A stretch of 64,000 bases of DNA from Solirubrobacterales bacterium (GCA_037915935.1 JBAIYK010000040.1:410-64409), one strand, 5' to 3'; shown: positions 1-12,469, counted from the first letter of the stretch. Made by a program: numbers and translations. The notes: generated by a model from the letters alone, not told the origin.

Positions 1-1
1 C

Positions 2-328
2 GGCGAGGTCTTCGACGCCTCCTATGCGGCGCTCGCGCCGTTCGGGCGGATCGTCGTCTGCGGCATCGCCTCCCAGCAGCCGAACAGGGTCTCGACCGGC
101 TCGCTGCTGCGCCACTCACGCGCGGCGATCGGCTTCTACCTATTCGACTGCGTGACGCGCGAGGGCATGATGAGCGAGCCGCTCGCCGACCTCTTCGCGC
201 GGGCGCTCGCCGGCGAGATCGAGCCGATCCTCGGCGGCTCCTATCCGCTGCAGCGGGCCGCGGACGCCCACGTCGACCTGCGCGAGCGGCGCACCAGCGG
301 CAAGCTGCTGCTCGACCCCCGCGCCTGA
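2..328 (+). CDS. MDR-family zinc-type dehydrogenase / quinone oxidoreductase, C-terminal fragment (5-prime end outside window)
   Basis: Open from the window edge to TGA at 326-328. The tail ...GGSYPLQRAADAHVDLRERRTSGKLLLDP resembles the conserved C-terminus of quinone oxidoreductases. Confidence 0.6.
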   Translation, partial: GEVFDASYAALAPFGRIVVCGIASQQPNRVSTGSLLRHSRAAIGFYLFDCVTREGMMSEPLADLFARALAGEIEPILGGSYPLQRAADAHVDLRERRTSGKLLLDPRA

Positions 329-374
329 CCGGCGCTCGCCGTCGAGGCGCAGAGCCCGTAAGCTTGCCGCCCCC

Positions 375-1808
375 ATGAGCAAGAGCTTCGAAGACCTCGG
401 TCTCTCCGCGTCGACGCTGCACGCGCTGAAGGACGTCGGCTACGAGTCGCCCAGCCCGATCCAGGAGCAGGCGATCCCGTCGCTGCTCGAAGGCCGCGAC
501 GTGATCGGCCAAGCGCAGACCGGGACCGGCAAGACGGCGGCCTTCGGGCTGCCGATCATGGAGTACGTCGACCCAGGGCTCGCGGAGGTGCAGGCGCTCG
601 TGCTCACGCCGACGCGCGAGCTCTGCATCCAGGTCTGCCAGGCGCTGCGGACCTATGGCAGCCGCAAGCGCGTCGACGTCGTCGCGGTCTTCGGGGGCGC
701 GCCGATCAGGACCCAGCAGGCGCAGCTGCGCGCGGGCGGGCACGTCGTAGTCGGCACCGTCGGGCGTGTGCTCGATCTCATCTCGCGCCACAGCCTGCTG
801 CTGCACGACTGCAGGTTCGTCGTGCTCGACGAGGCCGACGAGATGCTCGATCTCGGCTTCCTCGAGGACGTCGAGCGGATCCTCGCGCTCACGCCGAGCG
901 GCCGCCAGACGGCGCTCTTCTCCGCGACGATGCCGCCGCCGATCAGGAAGCTCGCCGACCGCTACCTCTACGACCCCGTGCTCGTGAAGGTGCAGGCGAC
1001 GACGCTGACGATCGACACCGTCGCCCAGTTTCAGCTCGCGGTCGACCCGAAGCGCAAGCCGCAGGCGCTCGTCGAGGTGCTGCGCGCCGAGGGCGCGGGC
1101 GAGGAGGTCAATCAGACGATCGTGTTCGTGCGCACGAAGATCCGCTGCGAGGCGCTGTTCAAGCTGCTGCGCGACATGGGCCTGAACGTGAGGGCGCTGC
1201 ACGGCGACATGACCCAGGGGGCGCGCGACGGCGTGATGCTCGCCTTCAAGGGCGGGCGCGTGCCGGTGCTCGTCGCGACCGACGTCGCCGCGCGGGGCCT
1301 CGACATCTCGACCGTCACGCACGTCGTCAACTACGACGTGCCGACCTCCCCCGACACCTACGTCCACCGCATCGGCCGCACGGGCAGGGTCGGGCGCTCG
1401 GGCAGGGCGATCACCTTCGTCGAGCCGCGCCAGGCAGGCGAGCTCTCCGCGATCGAGCGCCATATCGGCACGACGATCGAGACGTGGCGCAGCGGCGCGA
1501 CGGCGCGACCGACGCCGGTGCAGGAGCGCCCGCGCCGGCACTCGAAGCCGCACATCACGCGCGACGGCAACGAGCCGCGCGCGAAGCTCGCGCTGAAGGG
1601 CGGCCGTGCCGCCGGGCTGCGCGTCTCCGACATAGTCGCCGCCGTGACGGGCGCGACCGGGCTAGACGGCGAGGCGATCAGCGACGTGATCGTGCTCGAC
1701 CGCTTCTCGTTTCTGTCGGTGCCGGCAGCGGAGGCGGACGGCGTGATGGAGGCGCTCTCGGGCAGGCGCGTGCGCGGCCGGCCGCTGCACGCCGAGCGGG
1801 TGGGCTGA
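375..1808 (+). CDS. DEAD-box ATP-dependent RNA helicase with DbpA-like C-terminal RNA-binding domain
   Basis: 477-aa ORF with motifs AQTGTGKT (I), PTRELC (Ia), VLDEADEM (II), SAT (III) and HRIGRTGR (VI). A C-terminal extension resembles the DbpA RNA-binding domain. Confidence 0.95.
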   Translation: MSKSFEDLGLSASTLHALKDVGYESPSPIQEQAIPSLLEGRDVIGQAQTGTGKTAAFGLPIMEYVDPGLAEVQALVLTPTRELCIQVCQALRTYGSRKRVDVVAVFGGAPIRTQQAQLRAGGHVVVGTVGRVLDLISRHSLLLHDCRFVVLDEADEMLDLGFLEDVERILALTPSGRQTALFSATMPPPIRKLADRYLYDPVLVKVQATTLTIDTVAQFQLAVDPKRKPQALVEVLRAEGAGEEVNQTIVFVRTKIRCEALFKLLRDMGLNVRALHGDMTQGARDGVMLAFKGGRVPVLVATDVAARGLDISTVTHVVNYDVPTSPDTYVHRIGRTGRVGRSGRAITFVEPRQAGELSAIERHIGTTIETWRSGATARPTPVQERPRRHSKPHITRDGNEPRAKLALKGGRAAGLRVSDIVAAVTGATGLDGEAISDVIVLDRFSFLSVPAAEADGVMEALSGRRVRGRPLHAERVG

Positions 1809-1900
1809 GCCGCGACGCGGTCGTACTCGCTGCGACCCTCGAGGCTGAGGGCACTAACCTCAGCGATCGACCACCATCGACAGGAAGGCTGAAAACGACG

Positions 1901-2356
1901 ATGTCGACAGCGACGATGACGACCAGTGCCGGCGAGATCACGTTCGAGCTCTTCGACGAGGACGCGCCGAAGACGGTGCAGAACTTCCGCAAGCTCGCGG
2001 CGGACGGCTACTACGATGGGCTCGCCTTTCACCGGGTGATCAAGGACTTCATGATCCAGGGCGGCTGCCCGCTCGGCACTGGCACCGGCGGTCCTGGCTA
2101 CACCTTCGAGGACGAGATCAACCCGCACAAGGTGAGGCGGGGCGCGCTCGCGATGGCTAACGCGGGCCCCGACACGAACGGCTCGCAGTTCTTCATCGTG
2201 ACCGCGAAGTCGTGCCCCTGGCTCGACGGCAAGCACACGGTCTTCGGCGAGGTGAGCGCCGGCATGGACGTGGTCGACAGCCTCGAGGGCGTGCAGACCG
2301 ACGGCTCGGACCGCCCAATCGAGCCGATCGGGATCGAGAAGCTCGAAGTCTCCTGA
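1901..2356 (+). CDS. Cyclophilin-type peptidyl-prolyl cis-trans isomerase
   Basis: Inner ATG of ORF 1484..2356, downstream of AGGAAGG. Contains [20 protein letters not shown] and [11 protein letters not shown], the cyclophilin signature. Confidence 0.9.
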   Translation: MSTATMTTSAGEITFELFDEDAPKTVQNFRKLAADGYYDGLAFHRVIKDFMIQGGCPLGTGTGGPGYTFEDEINPHKVRRGALAMANAGPDTNGSQFFIVTAKSCPWLDGKHTVFGEVSAGMDVVDSLEGVQTDGSDRPIEPIGIEKLEVS

Positions 2357-2447
2357 GCGAAGCTGGCTATCTGGCCAGGAGGTTGGCGCAGGCGCGCCTT
2401 CAGGAGTAGCCTTGAGGTTCGAGCGAGCGAGAGCGAAGGAGACCGAG

Positions 2448-4078
<1,631 letters not shown>

Positions 4079-4082
<4 letters not shown>

Positions 4083-4747
4083 GCGGCCGCGGAGAGCGAG
4101 ATCCGCAGCAGCCGTTGCAGCGCCTCGATCGTCGCGTCGGGAGCGGTGTGGTGGACGACGGCCATGCCGAGCTCTTCGGCCGGCGGCAGGTTGAAGGGCA
4201 GGTCGTCGACGAACACGCACTCAGAAGGAGGAAGCCCGATCGCCTCCGCGCCCAGCTCGTAGATGCGCGCCGTCGGCTTCCTGATGCCGACCTCGCCAGA
4301 GATGACGACGCCGTCGAAGAGCTCTGCGAGCAGCTCGCGCGGGTAGCGGGTCGTGCCCCAGGAGTTGGAGACGAGGCCCGTCCTCACGCCCTCGCGCCGC
4401 GCCGCTCTGACAGCCTCCACCATCGCCTGCTCGGGCTGCGCGCCGGAGAAGAGACGGTCGATGATGCCCTCGCTCGAGCTGGGGCGCAGCAGGCGCGCGA
4501 GCTCCGCCTCGAACTCGCGCTCGGCGATCCTGCCCTCCTCGAAGCCGAACAGCAGCTCGCGCGTGACTTCGTCCTGCCGGAACGCGATCGCGAGCGCCTG
4601 CGGGTCGAGGCCCTCCTCCTCGCAGAAGGCGGCGAACGAGGCGAACACGTTGCTCGTCATGACGCCGCCCCAGTCGAGCAGCAGGCCGCGGAGGGCCGGA
4701 GCGTCCGCCTCGACCGGCTGCGGCTCCTCTCCGGCCGCCTCAGCCAT
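4079..4747 (-). CDS. HAD-superfamily hydrolase (subfamily IA, DxGGV variant)
   Basis: Motif I LLLDWGGVMT, motif II LVSNS, motif III K in IRKPT, motif IV FVDDL. It overlaps the upstream kinase gene by 8 nt. Confidence 0.8.
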
Positions 4748-5834
4748 CGAAGGCGACCCGCTCCGCCTGCTTCGCGAGCTCGATGACGCCGTCGCCGAAC
4801 AGCTTGAGGTAGGGGTCGTCGGTGCTGCCCGCGACCGCGCGCCTGTAGTTGCCCTCCATGAAGACCGTCGCCTTCCAGAGCGCGAGCGTCGTGTACCAGC
4901 GCAGGTCCCGCATCGAGCGCTGCGAGCGCTGCTCGTAGCGGGCGATGAGCTCCGCCCTGCTGGGGAATCCCTCTTTGCGCGTCACCTGTCCCGCCTGCAT
5001 CCGCAGGCTGTCGTCAGGGTCGTCGTCCTGCGCCCAGAACATGCAGAGGTAGCCGAGGTCCGCCAGCGGATCGCCGATCGTCGCCATCTCCCAGTCGAGC
5101 ACCGCGATCAGGCGCGCGGGCGGCTGAGCGGCGAAGATCGTGTTGCCGAGCCGGTAGTCGCCGTGGACGATCGTCGCGGGACCGGAGGAGGGCATGTTCT
5201 GCGCGAGCCAGCTGGAGACGCGTTGCACCGCGGGGATATCGCGCGTCTTGTTGTGCTCCCAGAGGCCCGAGAAGCGCCTCACCTGGCGCTGCAGGTAGCC
5301 GCTCGGCTTGCCGAAGCCCTCGAGGCCGACGGCGCGCCAGTCGACGGCGTGGATCTCGACGAGCGCGTCGATCAGCTCCTCCGCGATCCGCCTGCGCTCG
5401 GTCGGGCTGTCGAGGGCGTCGGGCACCTGCGCGACGATCACCTCTCCTGGCACGTACTCCATCACGTAGAAGGGGCAGCCGATCACCTGCTCCTCGGCGC
5501 ATACCGCAAGCACCCTCGGCACTCTGACGGGCGTGTCCTGCAGCGCCTTCAGCAGCTGCGCCTCTCTGAGCACGTCGTGGGCGCTGGGAGGCAGCGGCCC
5601 CCGTGGCGGGCGACGCAGCACGAGCTCTCGCTCGCCGCGCCTGAGAAGGTAGGTGACGTTCGAGTGCCCTTCGCCGACAGGGGCCGCCTCGATCGCGCCC
5701 TCGCCGAGGCCGTGCTGATCGAGGAACCGCTGCAGCGGCTCGATCACGAGCAGCGGCGCGCGCGCGCCGGCGGGCACGTCGGAGTGTCGCCGGACGATGT
5801 CGTCCGGGGCGATCGTCGCGCTCATCGCTTGCAC
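4740..5834 (-). CDS. Phosphotransferase of the APH / choline-kinase fold
   Basis: 364 aa with catalytic loop HGDYRLGN and metal-binding VLDWE. Confidence 0.85.
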   Translation of the reverse strand: MQAMSATIAPDDIVRRHSDVPAGARAPLLVIEPLQRFLDQHGLGEGAIEAAPVGEGHSNVTYLLRRGERELVLRRPPRGPLPPSAHDVLREAQLLKALQDTPVRVPRVLAVCAEEQVIGCPFYVMEYVPGEVIVAQVPDALDSPTERRRIAEELIDALVEIHAVDWRAVGLEGFGKPSGYLQRQVRRFSGLWEHNKTRDIPAVQRVSSWLAQNMPSSGPATIVHGDYRLGNTIFAAQPPARLIAVLDWEMATIGDPLADLGYLCMFWAQDDDPDDSLRMQAGQVTRKEGFPSRAELIARYEQRSQRSMRDLRWYTTLALWKATVFMEGNYRRAVAGSTDDPYLKLFGDGVIELAKQAERVAFDG

Positions 5835-5932
5835 GCTACACGCCGGCGATATGGGGGAGGCGCGCGCCGGGCTTGATATTTGGACTCTCCAGCGGTGCGC
5901 AACCTTCGCGGTCGGGATGTGTCCTTGCCGTC

Positions 5933-7390
5933 ATGCCTTCGATCAGAAACCCGATGCCTCGGATCAGAGCCTCGCTCACCGCCCTGCTCCTCTTCGTCCT
6001 CGTGGGCGCCGGCGGCGCCCTCTCCGCCTCGACCGCGTACGCGTCGCACACCCAGGCGCTGTTCTTCGAGGCGCCAAGCGAACTGCTCAACCCCTCGACG
6101 CGCGCGCGGGCGATCTCGCAGATGCAACACCTCGGCGTGAACGCGGTTCGGATCGAGCTCTCCTGGTACGCGGTCGCGCCGAGCCGCAACGGCGCGAGCC
6201 GTCCGAGCCTCGCGCTGAGCGACCCGCGCTCCTACGACTGGGGCGCCTACGACTCGCTGCTCGCCGAAATGCAGCGGCTGCACTGGCGGGTGCTGCTGAC
6301 GATCGCACCGCCCGCGCCGCGGTGGGCGACCTCGAACCATGCCGCGCCCTTCGTGACGCGGCCCGACGACCGCGACTTCGAGGAATTCATGACCGCAGTC
6401 GGGCGCCGCTACGGCGCGATCGTCTCCTACTACGCGATCTGGAACGAGCCGAACGAGTTCAACGCTCTGCGCCCGCAGTTCGACCGCAAGGGCAATCCGG
6501 CGGCGGGCCTGATCTACAGGGGCCTCTTCCAGGCCGGCTACGCGGGCCTGCGGGCCGCGGGCATCAAAGCGCCGAGGGTGCTGATGGGCGAAACGGGGCC
6601 TGGCGGGTTCGTGAAGATGGCAAGGCACGTCCCGAGTTGGTCGGGCGTCGCGCCGCTCGCCTTCCTGCGCGGCGCGCTCTGCCTCAGCGTCAGCTACCGC
6701 AAGGCGAGGACCTGCTCGAAGCTGCCCGCCTACGCCTACGCCCAGCACCCCTACGCCTCGAACGCGCTCGGCCCCTTCTACAAGCCGGCGAGCCCGGAAA
6801 GCGTGACGATCGGCACCGTGAGTCGGCTCGGCAGCGCGCTCGACAGGGCGGCGCGGGCAGGCGCGATCAGGGCGAGAGCGCCGATCTTCCTCACGGAGTT
6901 CGGCGTGATGAGCAAGCCGAACCGCTACTTCGGCGTGCCCGTCTCAAAGCAGGCGGAGTACGACGCGATCGCAGAGCGGATCGCCTGGGAAGACCCGCGC
7001 GTTGCCGCCTTCTCGCAGTACCTGCTGCGAGACGACCCGACGCGACGGGGCTTCGGCGTCGTCACCTTCCAGACCGGGCTCGAGTACTCGAACGGGGCGA
7101 AGAAGCCGCTCTACTACGCCTTCCCGGTGCCGCTGAGCGTGACGTTCGCCCGCCACGGCTACGAGCTCTGGGGGCTCGTGCGTCCCCTGCGCAAGGCGAC
7201 GACGGTGACGGTGCTCGTGCAGCGCCCGCACAGCCGTCGCTGGTCCGTGCTGAGGAAAGTGCGCACGGGGCCGCTCGGCTACTGGACGCTGCGGTCGAGG
7301 GTGAAGGGCAGCCACTGGCGCGTGCGCTGGACGAGCCCGTCAGGCGTGAAGTACGAAGGCCCGCCGATCGGGGCCTACCGATCGCCGTGA
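5933..7390 (+). CDS. Secreted clan GH-A (TIM-barrel) glycoside hydrolase-like protein
   Basis: Inner ATG of ORF 5873..7390 gives signal peptide MPSIRNPMPRIRASLTALLLFVLVGAGGALSASTAYA. YYAIWNEPNEF (acid/base NEP) and IFLTEFGV (nucleophile E) fit GH5/GH39-like clan A enzymes. The family is not resolved. Confidence 0.6.
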   Translation: MPSIRNPMPRIRASLTALLLFVLVGAGGALSASTAYASHTQALFFEAPSELLNPSTRARAISQMQHLGVNAVRIELSWYAVAPSRNGASRPSLALSDPRSYDWGAYDSLLAEMQRLHWRVLLTIAPPAPRWATSNHAAPFVTRPDDRDFEEFMTAVGRRYGAIVSYYAIWNEPNEFNALRPQFDRKGNPAAGLIYRGLFQAGYAGLRAAGIKAPRVLMGETGPGGFVKMARHVPSWSGVAPLAFLRGALCLSVSYRKARTCSKLPAYAYAQHPYASNALGPFYKPASPESVTIGTVSRLGSALDRAARAGAIRARAPIFLTEFGVMSKPNRYFGVPVSKQAEYDAIAERIAWEDPRVAAFSQYLLRDDPTRRGFGVVTFQTGLEYSNGAKKPLYYAFPVPLSVTFARHGYELWGLVRPLRKATTVTVLVQRPHSRRWSVLRKVRTGPLGYWTLRSRVKGSHWRVRWTSPSGVKYEGPPIGAYRSP

Positions 7391-7433
7391 GCTGAGGCGA
7401 GGGCGAGCGCATCGGCGCCTACGATGAGGCGCG

Positions 7434-8339
7434 ATGCCAGAGCTGCCCGAGGTCGAGATGACGGCGCGCCTGCTCGACGCGGAGCTGCGCGGCGCGACGG
7501 TCGACTCCGCGCTCGCTCCCGGCATCAACGTCCTGAAGACGTTCGACCCGCCGTTGTCCGCGCTGACTGGGCAGCAGCTCACGGCGTTGCGTCGCCGGGG
7601 CAAGCACCTGATCGTCGACTTCGACGGGGGGCTCTCGCTGCTGATGCACCTGATGTCGGCAGGGCGCCTGCAGCTCTACGACAAGCGCGCCGGCCCGCGC
7701 GATCGCACCTCTCGCCTGCTGCTGCGGCTGCGCCCCATGAGCGGCAGCGCGGCGCGAGCCGTCACCGACGAGGGCGACGAGCCCGCTTCTGCACCCGAGC
7801 GCGAGCTGCGCCTGCGCGAGTTCGGCTCGAAGCAGGCGGCCTGGGCGAAGCTGCTTGCGACGGATGCGCTGCAGGGCGACGAGGCGCTCGCGAAGCTCGG
7901 CCCGGAGGCGTGGCCGCAGGCGCCGGCGCTCGGGGAGCTGCTCGCGGTCCCGCGCCCCCTGAACGCGCTGCTGCGCGACCAGCGCGCGATCGCCGGGATC
8001 GGCCGCTCCTGGGCCGACGAGATCCTCTGGGAGGCGAAGCTCTCCCCTTACAAGCGCGGCTGCGACCTCGACGCCGGCGAGATGCAGGCGCTGCAGCAGG
8101 CGATCGGGGATGTGCTCGGCGGCGCGATTGCCCACTACGAGCGGATCCTGAGGCTGCCGATCCCAGACAAGCTGCCGATGCCGCTGCGGGTGCACGGCCG
8201 CGAGGGGCAGCCGTGCCCTCGCTGCGGGCAGAAACTGCTCGCAGTCCACTTCGAGGATCACGTGATCGCCTACTGCCCAGCCTGCCAGACGGGCGGGCGC
8301 CCGCTGAAGGACCGGCGGCTCTCGCGGCTGCTGAAGTAG
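7434..8339 (+). CDS. Formamidopyrimidine-DNA glycosylase / endonuclease VIII family (Fpg/Nei)
   Basis: N-terminus MPELPEVE (catalytic Pro2/Glu3), an H2TH region, and C-terminal zinc finger CPRCG...CPACQ. Confidence 0.9.
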   Translation: MPELPEVEMTARLLDAELRGATVDSALAPGINVLKTFDPPLSALTGQQLTALRRRGKHLIVDFDGGLSLLMHLMSAGRLQLYDKRAGPRDRTSRLLLRLRPMSGSAARAVTDEGDEPASAPERELRLREFGSKQAAWAKLLATDALQGDEALAKLGPEAWPQAPALGELLAVPRPLNALLRDQRAIAGIGRSWADEILWEAKLSPYKRGCDLDAGEMQALQQAIGDVLGGAIAHYERILRLPIPDKLPMPLRVHGREGQPCPRCGQKLLAVHFEDHVIAYCPACQTGGRPLKDRRLSRLLK

Positions 8340-8341
8340 TC

Positions 8342-8791
8342 TCAGCTCGCGGCGCAGGCGCGGCAGGCGCCGCGGAGCACGATCTCGTGCTCCGCCACCC
8401 GCATCGGCAGGCGGCGGCTGAGCCTGTGGATCGCGTCCTCGAGACCCTGATCCGTGAACGGGGTGACGGCGCCGCAGCTCTCGCAGACGAGGTGGTGGTG
8501 ATGTCCCTCGCCGCCGCGCTGGGGCTCGTAGCGAGTGGTGTCCTGGCCGACCTGGACGCGCTGGACGAGGCGCAGGCGCTCGAGCTCGTCGAGGATCCGG
8601 TAGATGCTCGCGCGCGCGACCGGCCGTCTGCTCTTGCGCAGCGCGTCTTCGATCTCGATCGCCGACAGCGCGCATCGCTGCGAGTCGAGCAGCTGCAGCA
8701 GCGCGCGGCGTGCCTGGCCCGAGTGGTGGCCGCTCTCTGCGAGCACCTTCTGCGCGTGGGCCGCCCAGCCTGTTGCGTGCGCGTTCGTCAC
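8342..8791 (-). CDS. Fur-family metalloregulator (probably Zur-like); last gene of the metal uptake operon
   Basis: 149 aa with a winged-helix region, HHHHLVCESCG and C-terminal CRAC (two CxxC pairs). Co-oriented immediately downstream of the ABC permeases. Confidence 0.8.
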   Translation of the reverse strand: MTNAHATGWAAHAQKVLAESGHHSGQARRALLQLLDSQRCALSAIEIEDALRKSRRPVARASIYRILDELERLRLVQRVQVGQDTTRYEPQRGGEGHHHHLVCESCGAVTPFTDQGLEDAIHRLSRRLPMRVAEHEIVLRGACRACAAS

Positions 8792-8803
8792 TCGAGCCTC
8801 AGT

Positions 8804-9715
8804 CTAGTTTCCGGCTGAATGGGCGGCCGCGGATTGAGGGGCAGACGCTGATGGAGGGGCAGACGCGGATGGACGGTCAGGCGAGGGGTCGGAAGCCGAT
8901 GCTCTCGCGGGCGGGCGCGTGCTCAGCACGAAGGCGAGTAGGTAGCTCGCAGTCGCGACCGCGACGATCGCGGTGCTCGGCGGCAGGCTCGGGATCGCGT
9001 AGCTGAGCGCGAGGCCGAGCCACGTCGACGCGACGGCGAGCGCCGCAGAAAGCGCGAGCGCGAGGTAGGGGTTTGCGATCAGCCGGTGCGCGGCGCCGGC
9101 GGGCGCGGCGAGCAGGCCGAGCAGCAGCAGCGCGCCGATCGCCTGCGTCGCCTCCGCGGTCGTGACGCCGACGAGCGCGAGGAACGCGAGCCCGAGCGTC
9201 CTCACGGGAACGCCGCGCGCGGCGGCGACGACGGGGTCGAGGCTCGCGAACAGCAATGGCCTCGCGATGGCGAGCAAGGCGACGACGGCGAGCGCACCGA
9301 TTAGCGCAGCGAGACGCGCGGCGTCTGCGCTCAGCCCGAAGATCGAGCCGAACAGCGCGCGTGCGCCGAGCAGCCCGTTTCCTGCTCCCGCGCTCGTGCT
9401 GAACAGCGCGAGGCAGAGCACGCCGATCCCGAGCACCCAGGCGAAGACGATGCCGATCGTGACGTCGTCTGCGCGTGCGCGCGGACCGATCCCGCCGAGC
9501 AGGAGCGCGACGGCGATCGTCGCGGCAAACAGGCCGACACGCGTGTCGAGGCCGGCCGCCGCGGCGGCGAGCGCGCCGGTGAACGCGACGTGGCTGAGCG
9601 CGTCGCCCGCGAACACCTGCACGCGCAGCACGACGAAGTAGCCGACGACGCCGCAGGCGAGCGCGACGAAGGTGCCGGCGAGCAGCGCGTTGCGGAAGAA
9701 CTCGTGCGCGAACAC
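8804..9715 (-). CDS. Metal (Zn/Mn) ABC transporter permease, ABC-3 family
   Basis: 303 aa, polytopic and hydrophobic, ZnuB/TroD-like, with a Pro/Ser/Ala-rich tail. Confidence 0.85.
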   Translation of the reverse strand: MFAHEFFRNALLAGTFVALACGVVGYFVVLRVQVFAGDALSHVAFTGALAAAAAGLDTRVGLFAATIAVALLLGGIGPRARADDVTIGIVFAWVLGIGVLCLALFSTSAGAGNGLLGARALFGSIFGLSADAARLAALIGALAVVALLAIARPLLFASLDPVVAAARGVPVRTLGLAFLALVGVTTAEATQAIGALLLLGLLAAPAGAAHRLIANPYLALALSAALAVASTWLGLALSYAIPSLPPSTAIVAVATASYLLAFVLSTRPPARASASDPSPDRPSASAPPSASAPQSAAAHSAGN

Positions 9716-9739
9716 GTCCCTCGCTTCTCTCTCGCCCTC

Positions 9740-10660
9740 TCAACCCCTCGCCTGCGCGGGCTGCGGGTGAGCGCGCAGCGGTCGCGGGCGGTCGGCGAGC
9801 GCACGTCCGACGCGCGCAAGCAGGTACGCCGCGAACGCGACGGTCGTTACGTAGAAGCCGACGGGGTAGCCGTAGAAGTAGGCGAGCCCCAGCCCGAGCC
9901 AGGTGGTGAGCACGCCGATGATCACGCTGAGCGCGAGACCTGCGCCGACGCGGGGGGTGATCAGCTGGGCTGTAGCCGGGGGCGCGACGAGCAGCGCGAA
10001 CACGAGCAGCGCCCCGGTGATCTGGGCGGTCTCCGCGACCGCGAAGCTGAGCAGCAGCAGGAAGCCGAGGCCGAGCGCCCTCGTCGGCACGCCGAGCGCG
10101 CGCGCGACGCCCTCGTCGAGCGAGGCGAACAGCAGCGGCCGTCCGGCGATCGCGAGCAGGGCGAGCGCGGCGGCGGCGACGATCGCGAGCGTCAGCACCT
10201 GGCCGGTCGTGATCCCGAGGAAGCTGCCGAAGAGCAGGCTCTCGTAATTGGCGAGCACGCCTCCGTAGAGGCTGAGGAAGAGGAACCCGCACGCAAGCCC
10301 GAATGCCTGCACGGCGCCCGTGATCGCGGACGACTGCGCGCGGTCGCCGCGCCGCGCCCCGGCGGCGAGGCCGATCGCGAGCGCCGCAAGGCCGGAGAAC
10401 GCGAAGAAGCCTGCCGCGGCGGAGAGGCCGACGAGGAGCGCGGCGCTCGCGCCGGGGAACGCCATGACGGAGAGCGTGTGCCCAGCGAAGGTCTGACGGC
10501 GCAGGACCATGAACCAGCCGACGAGCCCCGCGAGCACGGCGACGATCGTGCCCGCCTCGAACGCGTTCACCATGAACGGGTAGGCGGTGAGCTGTTGCAG
10601 GTCGGCGATCGGGTCGAGCGAAGGACCCATGCCGACGATCGTGGCGCTAGTGGTGAGCAT
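9740..10660 (-). CDS. Metal (Zn/Mn) ABC transporter permease, ABC-3 family
   Basis: 306 aa, a paralogue of the neighbouring permease (TroC/TroD-like pair). Confidence 0.85.
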   Translation of the reverse strand: MLTTSATIVGMGPSLDPIADLQQLTAYPFMVNAFEAGTIVAVLAGLVGWFMVLRRQTFAGHTLSVMAFPGASAALLVGLSAAAGFFAFSGLAALAIGLAAGARRGDRAQSSAITGAVQAFGLACGFLFLSLYGGVLANYESLLFGSFLGITTGQVLTLAIVAAAALALLAIAGRPLLFASLDEGVARALGVPTRALGLGFLLLLSFAVAETAQITGALLVFALLVAPPATAQLITPRVGAGLALSVIIGVLTTWLGLGLAYFYGYPVGFYVTTVAFAAYLLARVGRALADRPRPLRAHPQPAQARG

Positions 10661-11552
10661 GGCGGTCGCTGTGGTGGGCCGGCGCCTCCGGCAGCCCGAC
10701 GACGACGAGCCGTCCGTCCGCCGCCTGCAGCACCTCGACCGGCATGCCGTAGAGGTGGCTGAGCGTCTGCGCGGTGATCACCTCGCGCGGCGCGCCGACG
10801 ACCGCATGCCCGGCGCCGAAGTAGACGACGCGGTCGAGGTAGGAGAGCAGCGGGTTGACGTCGTGGGCGACGAGCAGGATCGTCACCTCCTGGTCGCGGC
10901 AGATGCGCTGCAGCAGCGCGGCGACGGCGCTCTGGTTCGGCAGGTCGAGGCTGTCGAGCGGCTCGTCGAGGATCAGCAGGCGCGGCTCGCTGACCAGCGC
11001 CTGGGCGATCAGCAGCCGCTGCTGCTCGCCCCCCGAGAGCGCGCCGATCGGTCGCCGCGCATACGCCTCCGCGCCGACGAGCTCGATCGCCTGCTCGACG
11101 CGCTCGCCGCCTGCGCGGCGCAACGGCAGCCCCCAGCGTGTGCCGTCGAGCCCGAGCCGCACTAGGTCGATGCCGCGAACGCGGGCGCCAGCGTCGAAGT
11201 TGCGGCGCTGGGGCAGATAGCCGATCTGGCCCTTCGAGGCGCCCGCAGGACGGCCGAGCGCCGACGCGGCGCCGTGGGACAGCGGCAGATCCCCGAGCAG
11301 CACCCGCAGCAGCGTCGTCTTGCCCGAGCCGTTCGGACCGAGGATCGCTGCGAACTCGCCCTGCGCGATCTCGAGGCTGACGTCGCTCCAAACCACCCGC
11401 CCGCCGAGTTGGGCGCAGCCGTCCTTTACCGATACCGCGGTGTCCACGGGCGAGGAGACCGCGCGCGAAGTCGTCGCGCTTGGTGTCGCCTCGCTCGAGA
11501 TCGCAGCGCCCGGAGTCGCGGACGTCGGCCGTGTCGGGGGCGGTGCGCTCAT
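10647..11552 (-). CDS. Metal ABC transporter ATP-binding protein
   Basis: Walker A GPNGSGKTT, signature LSGGEQQR, Walker B LLILDEP. I chose the start at the ATG overlapping the SBP stop (ATGA at 11549-11552), not the 362-aa ORF start. Confidence 0.85.
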   Translation of the reverse strand: MSAPPPTRPTSATPGAAISSEATPSATTSRAVSSPVDTAVSVKDGCAQLGGRVVWSDVSLEIAQGEFAAILGPNGSGKTTLLRVLLGDLPLSHGAASALGRPAGASKGQIGYLPQRRNFDAGARVRGIDLVRLGLDGTRWGLPLRRAGGERVEQAIELVGAEAYARRPIGALSGGEQQRLLIAQALVSEPRLLILDEPLDSLDLPNQSAVAALLQRICRDQEVTILLVAHDVNPLLSYLDRVVYFGAGHAVVGAPREVITAQTLSHLYGMPVEVLQAADGRLVVVGLPEAPAHHSDRHAHH

Positions 11553-12469
11553 CGTCCGGTGGCCTTGCGAAGCGCCGCGATCAGGCTCTTCAGCTGCGCG
11601 CTCTGCCACTGCTCGAAGGTGGCTGAGGCGGGCGAGAGCGTCTCGGTGATCCTCACGATCGGAACGTGTGCGGCGCGCGCGAGCTGGTTGACGCGCTGCA
11701 CGTCGGGGGTCGCGTTCTGGCTGTTGTAGACCCACACCGCGATCGCCTTCGTTTCGATCTGCCGGTCGACGGTCTGCCTGTCCTGGGCGCTGACGTCGAC
11801 GCCCTCGGCGATCGCCTTTGCGAAGCTGTAGGGCGTCATCAGCTTCAGGCGAAGGCTCTGTCCGAGCGGCTCGAAGACGCTCTCCGAGTAGCCGACCGGG
11901 ACGCCCGCGTACCGCGCGCGGATCTCGTCGCGCAGCCGGTCATATTCGGCTAGGCCGGTGGTCTGGAACCAGGCGCGACGCCGCTCGAAGTAGGCGGCGT
12001 TCTGCGGGTCGAGCCGCTCGTAGTCGGCGGCGATCCGCGCGATCACGCGCTGCACGCCGACGGGCGAGTACCACTGGTGGGGGTTCTCGCCCTGCGTCAG
12101 GCCGAGTAGGTGGCCGACGTCGAGCACGGCCCGCCTGCTCGACGGGTTCGCCGCGAGCAGCTTCGAGGCCCAGGCGTCGTAGCCGATGCCGTTCACGATC
12201 GTCATCTGCGAACGCGCGATCGTCACGCCGTCGGCGGCCGTCGGTTCGTAGGAGTGAGGGTCGGTGCTCGGGGAGTCGATGATGCTGCTGACCGCGACCT
12301 CGTCCCCCCCGAGCTGAGCGGCGATGCTGCCCCAGAAGCTCTCAGCCGCGGCCACCTGCAGCTTCCCAGACGGGGAGCTTCCCACTGACGGGGCCACCTC
12401 TCCGCAGCCGGCGAGGAAGGCGGTAAGGCAAGCGAACGCCACGGCAGCGAAGCCGAGCCGCGATCTCAC
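11549..12469 (-). CDS. Metal ABC transporter substrate-binding lipoprotein (TroA/ZnuA cluster 9 type)
   Basis: Lipobox FLAGCG after a signal peptide; first gene of the operon SBP-ATPase-permease-permease-Fur. Confidence 0.85.
   Translation of the reverse strand: MRSRLGFAAVAFACLTAFLAGCGEVAPSVGSSPSGKLQVAAAESFWGSIAAQLGGDEVAVSSIIDSPSTDPHSYEPTAADGVTIARSQMTIVNGIGYDAWASKLLAANPSSRRAVLDVGHLLGLTQGENPHQWYSPVGVQRVIARIAADYERLDPQNAAYFERRRAWFQTTGLAEYDRLRDEIRARYAGVPVGYSESVFEPLGQSLRLKLMTPYSFAKAIAEGVDVSAQDRQTVDRQIETKAIAVWVYNSQNATPDVQRVNQLARAAHVPIVRITETLSPASATFEQWQSAQLKSLIAALRKATGR

Noticed and set aside
10647-11735. 362-aa version of the ABC ATPase
   Set aside because: The extra 61 N-terminal codons overlap the SBP gene and are Arg-rich. 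An ATG coupled to the SBP stop (ATGA) is available.
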